Positions 20,801 to 30,144 are shown, counted from the stretch's first letter. The stretch is DNA of 64,000 nucleotides from an uncultured Pseudomonadota bacterium (GCA_963836235.1 CAWIIP010000004.1:889725-953724); one strand, 5' to 3'. Numbers and translations: made by a program. Notes: a model not told the origin generated them from the letters alone.

Positions 20801-20803
20801 CAA

Positions 20804-21295
20804 ATGCTTGAGTTGATGCGTTCGTTAATCAGCTGTTTAAAAAAAGAGACAGAACATTATCGCAATCTTGCGATTTTAGCCGCCCAACAAAAAGATTTGT
20901 TAGTGGCCGGCAAGGCGGACTCTTGGAAAGAGAACTTTCGTCTCGAGGAAAAAGAAGTATTTGCTTTAAATCCCTTGGTTGGAGAACGAAATGAATTATT
21001 GTCCAAAATAGCTAAAGCCAACGGCTTGAAAACTATTGATTTGGAAGGTGTTCTGGAAAAATGTCCTATCGAAGCAGTTGAGGATTTTAAGACGGCCGTA
21101 ATTGAGCTGATTCAAGCAGCGAAACACACGGAAGAAATAAACAAAGGAAATGGAAAGCTTTTGAAAAATGCGCTTTCCAACGTCAATTTTACTTTAAAGA
21201 TTATAAAAAACGGCGGAAAGAAAAGATCCTTCTCTCCGGCTTTGAAATTGACATCGGAAGAAAACAGGCCGTCATTTGTTAATCGGGTGGTTTAA
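20804..21295 (+). CDS. flgN: Export chaperone FlgN
   Basis: Helical protein with EEINKGNGKLLKNAL motif. Lies between flgM and flgK. Confidence 0.8.
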   Translation: MLELMRSLISCLKKETEHYRNLAILAAQQKDLLVAGKADSWKENFRLEEKEVFALNPLVGERNELLSKIAKANGLKTIDLEGVLEKCPIEAVEDFKTAVIELIQAAKHTEEINKGNGKLLKNALSNVNFTLKIIKNGGKKRSFSPALKLTSEENRPSFVNRVV

Positions 21296-21304
21296 GGAGG
21301 AACT

Positions 21305-23662
21305 GTGATAAATTCTTTTTCGGGTTTTTATACCATAACTCAAGGCTTACAAGTCGAACAACTCCTTGAAAACATAACCGCTTCCAATTTGGCTAATACT
21401 TCCGTTGATTCCAATGGGTACTTGGTTGGCAGCCTTCAACAGGTCAATATTGGCTCCGGACCTTCCGATATTCTGTCGACTGCTAATGGAAATGTTGCGA
21501 TTTCGTCTGGGCCAAGCATCGAGTCTATTACCCAACTTCGCAGTTCCTTCTTGGATTCTCAGATTCTAAATGAAAGTTCTGTTTTGGGACAAACAGAAGT
21601 TTTGTCCAACACCCAAGGTTCCGGAATATTAAATCTCATCAACAATATCGTGAATGGCCCTTCTACTTTAAACGGTGCTTTGAATACTTTCGCGGCTTCT
21701 TGGGGGAATTTGGCGACAAATACTGGAACGAGAGCCGCAGTCGTTAACGCGGGCATCGCTTTCGCTCAGTTAGCCAACACTCAGTACGAACAGTTGAATA
21801 CCTTGCAGCAAAACAACAACGCGCAAATCAATAATTCTGTCTCTCAAATCAATCAAATCCTTCAGCAGCTGTCCGCTCTAAACCATGATCTTTTAAACTC
21901 ACAAGGTGCCGCAAACGTTAATAGTTTGTTGGATGCCCGGGATTATGCATTGGATAAGCTTTCGCGCTTGATTAACATCCAAACGAACATTGGAGTCGGA
22001 GGAACCGTGAGCGTTTATTTGGGTGGGAGTAGCGTAACCTTAGTGGATCCATCCGGAGCCGCGATTTTACAAACGAATGTTGAGAACCCAAATTATCCTG
22101 AATTGCTTGGCGTGACCATTCAAAATACGGAAGGCGGGTTTTACGATGCGGCGAGCGCTAATGGGACTGTAACTCCAGAGGATATGTCGCAATGGATTAC
22201 TGGTGGTAATCTCGGGGGAGAACTTCAAGGTCAAAAGGCGATTTTATCCGCTCAAGACCAAGTCGAACAAATCGCGACGTCGGTGATGAATATTACCAAT
22301 ACCTTACAGGAAGCCGGGTATGCGGGGGATGGCACAACGACCAATACGCCCTTTTTTAATGAAACGGGCCCGGCGGGTATTGGCATCAATGCCGCCACGC
22401 AAATGAGCGTCAACGCCGCATTGATTACAAATAATAATTTGGTGGCATCCTCCCTGGTCCCCAGCAGCGATCCAAACTACAGCTTGGTCAATCCTAACTT
22501 ATCAACACCTGGAATTTTGTATAGCGGGACCATAGCCGAGTATCTTTCGAACCTGCCCAATATTTTGGCTAATAACTTTGCCCAAAGTTATGATGGAATT
22601 GCCGGGGCTTACGTGAATCCGGCGCTGGCCCTTTCGACTCAGACTTTTGCCATTACTCCAACGAACGGTTCCTTTACCATTAATGGAAAAACAATTAATT
22701 ATTTTGTCAATAATGCGGCAGCCGTCGCGGCGGGGATGCCGACCGCCCCTTACACTATTGACGGCATTATTGAAGCCATAAATGCGGCTGATCCAAACAT
22801 ATATGCGGTTTATAACGCCTCTACAGAGGAGTTTTCTCTGGTATCAAATCAACCTATTTCTATTCAAAACCTAACCGGTAATTTTGTGGGAGGTTTATCC
22901 AACTGGAGCAATATTCAAAATGTCTTGACGAGTACTATTCAAATGAACAGTTCGAATATCCCTATTTATTCCCAGATTGACTATGGCTCTGTCGGGGGCG
23001 ATCCTGGAAACCCAATGAACGCAACGGTTCCCAGCGCTTTTTTTCCGAACACCGGACCTAACTCCCAGTCTTTCCAGATAGTTCCGTCCGCCAGTGGCAC
23101 TTTCACCCTTTATCCTCCCTATCCCAATGGAGTACAGGTTTCGTGGAATAATACAATGTCGTTATCACAAATTGCCACGGCCATTACCGCGGCTTCGGGC
23201 GGTGCCATTACCGCGAGTTTTGATACCAACACAGAGACTTTGACCCTGTTTGACTCTACGCCATTACCGATGAATATTGTCGATAACACGGGAAACTTCA
23301 CTTCCTTCACCGGGTTGAACGGGAATATCACGCTGGGAACTATGACATCCGCTTTATCGGGCCCATACAGTTCCATCGGTTCCGCTGTAGCGGGTCAGCA
23401 GGCATTAACCGACCAAGCCTCAAATTCTTTGACACAATTGCAAAACGCTCAGGACAATATCGCCGGAATCACCACCCCTGGGTCAGGTCTCGCGGGTGTT
23501 TCTACCGCCACTATTGAGCAGCAGGCAACCCAGGAAATGATTGCTTACAACGCATTGCTGATGGTGTTGCAGGTGATGGACAATATGTATTCTGATTTGG
23601 TGGGAATCATTGGTAGCTCGACGCCGAGTGGAAGTTTTCAAAATCAATCTACGCCGGTTTAA
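21305..23662 (+). CDS. flgK: Hook-associated protein FlgK (divergent, with inserted domains)
   Basis: ASNLAN, ITQLRSSFLDSQ, LLDARDYALDKLSRLINI and GGNLGG motifs. The C-terminal D0 helix is degenerate. Confidence 0.8.
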   Translation: MINSFSGFYTITQGLQVEQLLENITASNLANTSVDSNGYLVGSLQQVNIGSGPSDILSTANGNVAISSGPSIESITQLRSSFLDSQILNESSVLGQTEVLSNTQGSGILNLINNIVNGPSTLNGALNTFAASWGNLATNTGTRAAVVNAGIAFAQLANTQYEQLNTLQQNNNAQINNSVSQINQILQQLSALNHDLLNSQGAANVNSLLDARDYALDKLSRLINIQTNIGVGGTVSVYLGGSSVTLVDPSGAAILQTNVENPNYPELLGVTIQNTEGGFYDAASANGTVTPEDMSQWITGGNLGGELQGQKAILSAQDQVEQIATSVMNITNTLQEAGYAGDGTTTNTPFFNETGPAGIGINAATQMSVNAALITNNNLVASSLVPSSDPNYSLVNPNLSTPGILYSGTIAEYLSNLPNILANNFAQSYDGIAGAYVNPALALSTQTFAITPTNGSFTINGKTINYFVNNAAAVAAGMPTAPYTIDGIIEAINAADPNIYAVYNASTEEFSLVSNQPISIQNLTGNFVGGLSNWSNIQNVLTSTIQMNSSNIPIYSQIDYGSVGGDPGNPMNATVPSAFFPNTGPNSQSFQIVPSASGTFTLYPPYPNGVQVSWNNTMSLSQIATAITAASGGAITASFDTNTETLTLFDSTPLPMNIVDNTGNFTSFTGLNGNITLGTMTSALSGPYSSIGSAVAGQQALTDQASNSLTQLQNAQDNIAGITTPGSGLAGVSTATIEQQATQEMIAYNALLMVLQVMDNMYSDLVGIIGSSTPSGSFQNQSTPV

Positions 23663-23677
23663 GAAAAGGCTGGTTTT

Positions 23678-26600
23678 GTGAAAACAATTAATGCGCTTTT
23701 AAATTCATCGCTTTCGACGCCGACCGACTCAATCGGTCAGTCACAGAGCCAAAATCCGGTTTCCCCCAAGGGTTCGGGATCAAAGGGGAATAACTTTGGA
23801 AATGTTTTGGCCCAATTAACCGCTCAAAATACCGTAACTAACCAGAATTCTCCCGAAAGCCAGCAGTCCTCCGGAGCCACCACTTCAACTGGAAATGCGA
23901 CTAGCGCTACATTGGAGCCAACTGCGGTTTCCGCTTCGAATGCTCCTGGGGAAAATTCCCAAGTGTCCTTTAATTCTGTTTCTGAAACCACGGTGGCTAT
24001 TACAGAGTCGGTTAAAGCCGAAAATGTTAGCCAATTGGCTCAAGCGGAACAAGCCTTGGTTTCTTTGGCGACGGGGTTGGCCCAAATTATTCAAATGATT
24101 TCACAACTTCAACAATCGGAACCGCAACAAGCCCAAGCGGCTTTGGCTTCTTTAAGTAGTTTGAATTTGAGTCCATCCGATCTTCTGACAATTTTAAATA
24201 CCTTGCAATCTTTGGTTCAAAAGTTGCCAGCTGAGCAAAATCCGCTGCTCTTAACTTCGGACCAACAAGCCAATCTTTTAAACCAAATGTTCCAACAAAT
24301 GATGCAGGCCCAACAAATTTTACTTGGAGGGACCGCGGCCAATCTTGGGAACAATTCTAACCCGACAAACTCATCGGCCAATAATCCTGGTGTTGCTGGG
24401 GTGGGAACGATAGGTTCGAATTCTACCCAAAATATTTCGTTCCAAATGTTGTTTTCAAATACAAACTTGACTGAACTGGCTCCAAACAATGGTCAAGCCT
24501 CCCGGGTTTTTATAAATTTAGAAACCTTTAAAATGTCGGCGACTTTTATCCAAACTGGAACCAATTCAACACCGGGACAAAACCCTGGCCAAGGTCCCTT
24601 GAACGTCCAAGTTCAATCGGCCATTCCGGTTAATTCCCAAAGCGTGGTCAATGATTTAAATCAAGCATTGACGAATTTAGGCAATGCGACCTCATCGGCG
24701 GGTATTCCCGCGGTGGCGCAATCAAACGCGTCCGGCATCGCTAATTTACAAAATAATTTAAGTCAAAACTTTAAAGCGCTCGTTCAGCTCTTGATGCAAT
24801 CGGGTGTAACTCAGGCGGCACTGACCACGTTCCTGAATAACCAACAAAGAGGTACTGAGAATCAGAACTCTTTTAGCCCGTCTCAAACTGTTGGCCAAAC
24901 CGTTTCAGCTAATAACCTAACCCAGGTTTTACCGGTTTCGTCGGAGATTCAACCGGCCATTCCCGCGGCTTTAACGGCAGCTTCAACTAATAATTCCAAT
25001 GCGGCCCAAGGGACGCTTCCGGGCGAAAATAATTTGCTCGTGAATGAAATGGGTTCTCAACCGGTGATAACACCGGTTCAAACAACGGGTAAAGAAAACG
25101 CCAACAATCAACAAAGCTTGAGTGTTAGTAATACCACCCTGGCCTCAAATGAAGTGGTTCCTCAATTGGCGATACCACCGGTTCAAACAACGGGTAAAGG
25201 AGAAGCCAACAATCAACAAGGTTTGAACGTTGGCAATAATAACCTGACCTCAAATGAAATGGTTCCTCAAACGGCGATGCTACCGGTTCAAACGGCGGAT
25301 AATGGAGATTCAAAAATTCCAAATATGACTGAAAAACTCCAAGCGTTATCAAATCTTGCCCAATTGTCGCCTGTTCAAACGGCGGGTTCTGAAACCAGTT
25401 TTGGTTTAAATGCCAAAGAAATTAATACTTTAAACGCGGTTGTCGCAAGTCTTAATGTCTCTGCCTTACATTCCACGCAAGGAAGCGTGAGCATGGGAAC
25501 GAATACCGTTCTTCCCAGTTCCGCCTTGACGATGGGCCAAATATTAGGGGCTTCGGAGGCCAATCAAATTTCTTCGGGTTCCATCGTGGTTGCGAATGGT
25601 AATCCATCGGTTCCTTTGGTCCCGCCGATTCCTTTGCAAGCGCCTTTGCCAACCTCTAACGCAAACAATGTCATTCTTTCGCAATTAACCCAAAGCCAAT
25701 TGTCCCAACCGCAAACGACATCGCCGTCTACCACGGTTGGTGGCCAAACCGTTGCGGTTCTTTCCGGCGCTTCTCAAGAGCAGTTAAATCAAGTGGTTCC
25801 GCCTTTGGTTCCGACACCACAGGGCGCACTTTTAAATAATTTAACGTCGAATAATGGTGTTGTTACTTCCCCGATTGATTTTAATAACGGGACTTCGGCC
25901 GTTCCGGCTCCTATAAGCCCTTCTTTGGCCGTGGTAGGGAGCAATGTCCCTAATTCGTCAACCACAAATAATCCTGCTGGGATTAATCCTTTGCCTCGGC
26001 CAACCACTATTCCTAATTCGGGAACAATTCCATTGCCGGCTAATAACAGCCCTGCGCCCCCCCAACCTTTTGCTTTCACATCGCTTAACCAAACGGCTAA
26101 TCTGGCACCGACATCTCAAGCCCCGGTTGTTCCCGCTTTGGCTTCGGCTGGGGAAGCTATTAAAACTGAGATTCCAAATCAAGCGGTGGGGAACAATAAT
26201 AATGTCCAAACTGCTATTAACAATTCACAACCTGTTTCAACCATAAAATCGCTTTCGGCCGAGGCGGTTTCACCCGTTGTTTCAGTTACCCCAACCGACT
26301 CGACCTTGAAAACTTTAGATGTCTCTGGAAGTAACACGCCTAATAATTCGACCGTTTTGGTGGGGAATGCCTTATTGGGATCTGCCAACTTTGCCTCTGG
26401 TCAAACCCACGGTTCTTCCGCTTTTTCCCTTAGTTCTGGTATACCCTCAAACGTAGGGCCAACGGGGAGCATTGATAGCGCTCAAATCTTGAATCAAATA
26501 GCGCAACAAGTTGCGGCACAAACGGCGGACGCTAAAACTATTTCCCGATTGAACTTTCAATTTGTTCCCGAGAGTTTAGGCAAAGTGACGGTTCAAATTG

Positions 26601-26917
26601 CTTTAATTGACCAATCCGTTTCGGCCCGAATTATCGTCACCAATCCGGATATAAAAGAAGTTCTCCAGAGCCATATGGTGGATTTGAAAGCGGCACTGGG
26701 TCAGGCGGGCCTTCAAATAGACCAATTGCAGGTGCAGGTTCAAGGCGGCGGGGGCAATCTTTTAGCCCAATATTACCAATATCAGCAAGAAGGTTCTGGC
26801 TATCGTCTTCCGGCCGCTTTAAACACCGCAAATGTATCCGGGGTGCAAACAGCTGAAAATATGGGAAATTTGGAGCCTTTTTCAGTTCGGACGTCCTTGG
26901 TGAATGTCTTGGCTTGA
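23678..26917 (+). CDS. fliK: Hook-length control protein FliK (very long, 1079 aa)
   Basis: Low-complexity N/Q/S/T/P region and C-terminal T3S4 domain PESLGKVTVQI...LKAALGQAGLQI. Precedes flgD. Confidence 0.88.
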   Translation: MKTINALLNSSLSTPTDSIGQSQSQNPVSPKGSGSKGNNFGNVLAQLTAQNTVTNQNSPESQQSSGATTSTGNATSATLEPTAVSASNAPGENSQVSFNSVSETTVAITESVKAENVSQLAQAEQALVSLATGLAQIIQMISQLQQSEPQQAQAALASLSSLNLSPSDLLTILNTLQSLVQKLPAEQNPLLLTSDQQANLLNQMFQQMMQAQQILLGGTAANLGNNSNPTNSSANNPGVAGVGTIGSNSTQNISFQMLFSNTNLTELAPNNGQASRVFINLETFKMSATFIQTGTNSTPGQNPGQGPLNVQVQSAIPVNSQSVVNDLNQALTNLGNATSSAGIPAVAQSNASGIANLQNNLSQNFKALVQLLMQSGVTQAALTTFLNNQQRGTENQNSFSPSQTVGQTVSANNLTQVLPVSSEIQPAIPAALTAASTNNSNAAQGTLPGENNLLVNEMGSQPVITPVQTTGKENANNQQSLSVSNTTLASNEVVPQLAIPPVQTTGKGEANNQQGLNVGNNNLTSNEMVPQTAMLPVQTADNGDSKIPNMTEKLQALSNLAQLSPVQTAGSETSFGLNAKEINTLNAVVASLNVSALHSTQGSVSMGTNTVLPSSALTMGQILGASEANQISSGSIVVANGNPSVPLVPPIPLQAPLPTSNANNVILSQLTQSQLSQPQTTSPSTTVGGQTVAVLSGASQEQLNQVVPPLVPTPQGALLNNLTSNNGVVTSPIDFNNGTSAVPAPISPSLAVVGSNVPNSSTTNNPAGINPLPRPTTIPNSGTIPLPANNSPAPPQPFAFTSLNQTANLAPTSQAPVVPALASAGEAIKTEIPNQAVGNNNNVQTAINNSQPVSTIKSLSAEAVSPVVSVTPTDSTLKTLDVSGSNTPNNSTVLVGNALLGSANFASGQTHGSSAFSLSSGIPSNVGPTGSIDSAQILNQIAQQVAAQTADAKTISRLNFQFVPESLGKVTVQIALIDQSVSARIIVTNPDIKEVLQSHMVDLKAALGQAGLQIDQLQVQVQGGGGNLLAQYYQYQQEGSGYRLPAALNTANVSGVQTAENMGNLEPFSVRTSLVNVLA
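25043..25298 (+). repeat. 105-bp (35-aa) tandem repeat, ~2.4 copies, inside fliK
   Basis: Units start with AATGAA at 25043, 25148 and 25253. Protein unit NE(M/V)..Q....PVQT(T/A)G...NNQQ.L.V.N..L.S. Confidence 0.9.
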
Positions 26918-26941
26918 AGTATGATTTTATGAGGTTTGGGT

Positions 26942-26968
26942 TAAAGTTTTTGGCTTAAAAGCCGTTAG
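26942..26968 (+). promoter_or_regulatory. Sigma28-type promoter upstream of flgD
   Basis: TAAA(GTTT)-N15-GCCGTTAG. Confidence 0.75.
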
Positions 26969-26994
26969 AAATAACAGAAAGGGTGGTGATTTAA

Positions 26995-27438
26995 ATGGTT
27001 TCAGGAGTTGGAAGTAGCTCGAGTTCGAACGGTAGCAATGCTTTATCAAGTGCGTTGGCTACATCGACGGGTGGCAACCAGTTTGTGTCTCAGAATACGT
27101 TTTTGACGCTTCTGATAACACAGCTGAAAAACCAAGATCCGATGAATCCGCAGGACAGCAGCCAGTTTGTCGCCCAGTTGGCGCAGTTTTCGTCACTGGA
27201 GCAAATGACGCAGTTAAACTCAACATTTAGCAGCGTTTTGGACAATTCAGCGGCGGGCATGATCGGACAAACGGTGACGGTTGCGGATCCGACCACGAAA
27301 AGTGGGTTCACGACGGGCCAAGTGACGGGTGTTGTTTATTTCGCCAATGGTCCGGCAGTTCAGATAAATGGAGTGAACTATCCCTTGTCGGCTATTCAAA
27401 ACGTTGGGGCAGTTACGCCTAACGCACCGACGGGCTGA
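26995..27438 (+). CDS. flgD: Hook capping protein FlgD
   Basis: FLTLLITQLKNQDPMNPQDSSQFVAQLAQFSSLEQM. Confidence 0.96.
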   Translation: MVSGVGSSSSSNGSNALSSALATSTGGNQFVSQNTFLTLLITQLKNQDPMNPQDSSQFVAQLAQFSSLEQMTQLNSTFSSVLDNSAAGMIGQTVTVADPTTKSGFTTGQVTGVVYFANGPAVQINGVNYPLSAIQNVGAVTPNAPTG

Positions 27439-27490
27439 GTTTAGTGATTTGGCCTGGATTTCAGGCTTTTGAAAGGCGGGTGAAGACAAA

Positions 27491-27898
27491 GTGGTTCAGC
27501 AGATCAACTTTAATGATCCTCATAGTACGGTAGAAAACGTCCAGAATCAGGCCCAGTTGCAGATGATGCAGCAACAGGCCAGCCGGGCGGCTGAAACCGC
27601 ACAACCTTTTGACGCGTTTTTGCAATCAACGGTTGATAGGGGTCAGGGTTTAAAGTTTTCGGCTCACGCCAAAGAACGATTAAGTTTGAGAAACATCAAC
27701 CTTTCGGCTTCGGATTTGAGCCGCATGAATGACGCGGTCAATAAAGCGGCGGCTAAAGGGGCCAGGCAATCCCTGCTGGTGATGGAAAACCAGGCTTTTA
27801 TCGTTAGCGTGCCGAATAAAACCGTCATTACTGCGCTGGACAACAACAGCATGAAGGAAAATGTCTTTACCAATATCGATAGCGCGGTGATTGTTTAG
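27491..27898 (+). CDS. Flagellar operon protein TIGR02530 family
   Basis: LKFSAHAKERL..RNI...KGARQSLLVM...AFIVSVPNKTVITAL...ENVFTNIDSAVI. Lies between flgD and flgE. Confidence 0.92.
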   Translation: MVQQINFNDPHSTVENVQNQAQLQMMQQQASRAAETAQPFDAFLQSTVDRGQGLKFSAHAKERLSLRNINLSASDLSRMNDAVNKAAAKGARQSLLVMENQAFIVSVPNKTVITALDNNSMKENVFTNIDSAVIV

Positions 27899-27922
27899 CA
27901 GTAGGTTTTGTAGTAAGCAGTA

Positions 27923-27978
27923 TCGGGCTGGTCCTCTTAGAGGGAGCCCGAAAATCAGGCGGGTTGATTACCCGACCT
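27923..27978 (+). ncRNA. Putative cis-regulatory structured leader upstream of flgE (motif shared with the flgG leader)
   Basis: TCGGGCT-GGT-CCTC-TTA-GAGG-G-AGCCCGA hairpin, then AGG-CGGGT-TGATT-ACCCG-A-CCT hairpin. Confidence 0.6.
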
Positions 27979-28000
27979 AAAAACTCTAAGGAGGAAGACA

Positions 28001-29974
28001 ATGGGTCTTCGAGATATGTATAGCGCGATTTCCGGGCTTCAAGCCAACAGCACATGGCTTGATGTGATCGGAAATAATATTTCCAACACCAATACGGTTG
28101 CTTACAAGGCCAGCCGTGTTGAGTTTTCAGATCAGTTCAGCCAGACGCTTTATGGCGGCACGGGGGACAACCCGAGTTCCAATTTGGGCGGTGTGAATCC
28201 TGAGCAAGTCGGTTTGGGAACCCGTGTGGCTTCCATCCAGACGCTTTTCACGGAAGGAACACTCCAGAATACCGGGATTTCCACCGATATCGCCATCGTC
28301 GGAAACGGCTTTTTGGTTTCCAAGAGCGGTGACCAGTCTTTGCTGACTCGGGCTGGAAACCTGACATTCGATAGTAAAGGAAACCTTGTTGACCAGAATG
28401 GCGGGTTGATCCAAGGGTTTACCGCTACGACGGTTTACACGCAAAATACCATTGATACGGCGGCGGATTCGGGGACCAACAACCTGATCATTACCACTGC
28501 CAAATTGACCTTAAACAATACTGATCCATCGGCCGCGACGGACATCAATATTCCGGCGACTTTGACCGAACCCCCTCTTGCCACCACGATGGTGAATTTT
28601 TCTGGCAATTTGGACGCGTTTCAACAGGCCAATACCACCGGAGGTGTTTTGGATATCGGTGGAAACGGCGAACCGGCTGTTTTGCCACTGGGTATTGCGG
28701 GCGTCGCTTTGGGCGGTGCCGAACCCGTTGCTGCGTTCCAGATTATCAACAACCCCAATGGGGCTACGGGACAGGTTGTTCAACAGCTTGCGGACCCTAA
28801 TGAAGGCGCTGTTGGCCCTGGCGACCAAGCGGGCGTGCAAGGAAACACCAATTCTGCCAATTGGACAAATCCCATCGTCAGTGGGGCAGTCAGTTTGGCC
28901 ACTGTCCAAGGGGACGCCATTGCCAACCCTGGCACCCTCGCTTGGGACCAGCAACCACCCGTCACTCCGGCGAAACAGATATCGGAAACGGTTTATGACT
29001 CCAATGGGAACGCCCGGCAGATCACCATTAATTTTTATCAAGTGAATGATTTGGGAGTGACACCCAATATCAACAGCCCCACCGGCCCTAACCAGGTCGC
29101 TTACGCTTGGTACGCTTTCGACACAACGAATGGAGCGCCTGTTAATTCCACTACCCTTGTGGGTGGAACCGGAATCTTCGAGGGCGACACTTCTGGAGCT
29201 GGCCCCGTTGGAGCTCCCACTGGTTATGACCGGGGCGTCACCGGAGACGGATTTTGGGGCGACTTGGTTGTCTTCAATACGGATGGGTCCTTGCTTACAA
29301 CCGGCGGGGTTGAAAATACCGCGGCGGGGATTGGGTTTCAATCCATGCCTGATATTTACCTTGATCCTGAGAATATTGCGGGTGCGGTTCCTGGGGCGAA
29401 TGGTCTCGGAGCTCCTGCTTCGCCGCTTCCCATGCAAGGCGCCGAAATTACACAGGTACAATTGAATTTCGGTAACGCGGGGATTTTGGGCAAAGGGGAG
29501 CGCAACGGCATGTACAGCGACGCTGACGGGACTTATCAGGTTGTCAATGGGGTGAACACTTATGTGCCTAACTCCACAGCCTATGCCGCCAGCCAGAATG
29601 GATACGCTGAGGGTCAGTTACAAAGCGTCAACTTTGACGCTACGGGGACCATCAACGGAACCTTCTCAAACGGACAGGTTACGGCGCTCGGCCAAGTTAT
29701 TTTGGCCGAACCGAACAATCCGGACGGCTTGGCGAACGTCGGTAATAATTATTACCAAACTTCTCCAAACTCAGGCCCCATGTTCGTGGGAAATGCCGGC
29801 CAATTGGATTTGGGAACCGTCCAAGGTGGTACCTTGGAACTTTCCAACGTCGATTTGACCGTGGAATTATCCAACATGATTATCGCCCAACGCGGGTTTG
29901 ACGTGAACTCGCGGGTGATCTCGGTTGAGAATTCCAACCTGCAGATCCTGAGCCAATTGGGTCAGGGCGGCTGA
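28001..29974 (+). CDS. flgE: Flagellar hook protein FlgE (long form)
   Basis: MYSAISGL...DVIGNNISNTNTVAYK, TRAGNL, VYDSNG and LELSNVDLTVELSNMIIAQRGF. Confidence 0.96.
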   Translation: MGLRDMYSAISGLQANSTWLDVIGNNISNTNTVAYKASRVEFSDQFSQTLYGGTGDNPSSNLGGVNPEQVGLGTRVASIQTLFTEGTLQNTGISTDIAIVGNGFLVSKSGDQSLLTRAGNLTFDSKGNLVDQNGGLIQGFTATTVYTQNTIDTAADSGTNNLIITTAKLTLNNTDPSAATDINIPATLTEPPLATTMVNFSGNLDAFQQANTTGGVLDIGGNGEPAVLPLGIAGVALGGAEPVAAFQIINNPNGATGQVVQQLADPNEGAVGPGDQAGVQGNTNSANWTNPIVSGAVSLATVQGDAIANPGTLAWDQQPPVTPAKQISETVYDSNGNARQITINFYQVNDLGVTPNINSPTGPNQVAYAWYAFDTTNGAPVNSTTLVGGTGIFEGDTSGAGPVGAPTGYDRGVTGDGFWGDLVVFNTDGSLLTTGGVENTAAGIGFQSMPDIYLDPENIAGAVPGANGLGAPASPLPMQGAEITQVQLNFGNAGILGKGERNGMYSDADGTYQVVNGVNTYVPNSTAYAASQNGYAEGQLQSVNFDATGTINGTFSNGQVTALGQVILAEPNNPDGLANVGNNYYQTSPNSGPMFVGNAGQLDLGTVQGGTLELSNVDLTVELSNMIIAQRGFDVNSRVISVENSNLQILSQLGQGG

Positions 29975-30032
29975 GGATAACAGTAGATAAATAAGCTGGG
30001 TTCCCGGTGATTGGGAGCTTGGTGTTTAAAAG

Positions 30033-30070
30033 AAACGGCGCCTCTTTCAAGAGGTGCCGTTTTTTATTTT
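30033..30070 (+). terminator. Intrinsic terminator after flgE
   Basis: AAACGGCGCCTCT-TTCA-AGAGGTGCCGTTT followed by a T-run. Confidence 0.85.
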
Positions 30071-30144
30071 GAGGGTTTTTAAAATTGGTTTAACACAGTT
30101 TAATCGAGTAAAATATAAACGATAAATTTTTTAAAAGGCGTTAC

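Noticed and set aside
28560-28620. Spirochaete-type lysinoalanine cross-link site in FlgE
   Set aside because: The equivalent segment reads LATT...FSGNL, lacking the required Lys and Cys.
28511-29461. 316-aa antisense ORF in flgE (likewise 50748-51704, 56160-56978, 57213-57995 and 44007-44645)
   Set aside because: Each lies opposite a well-supported gene and is explained by codon bias.
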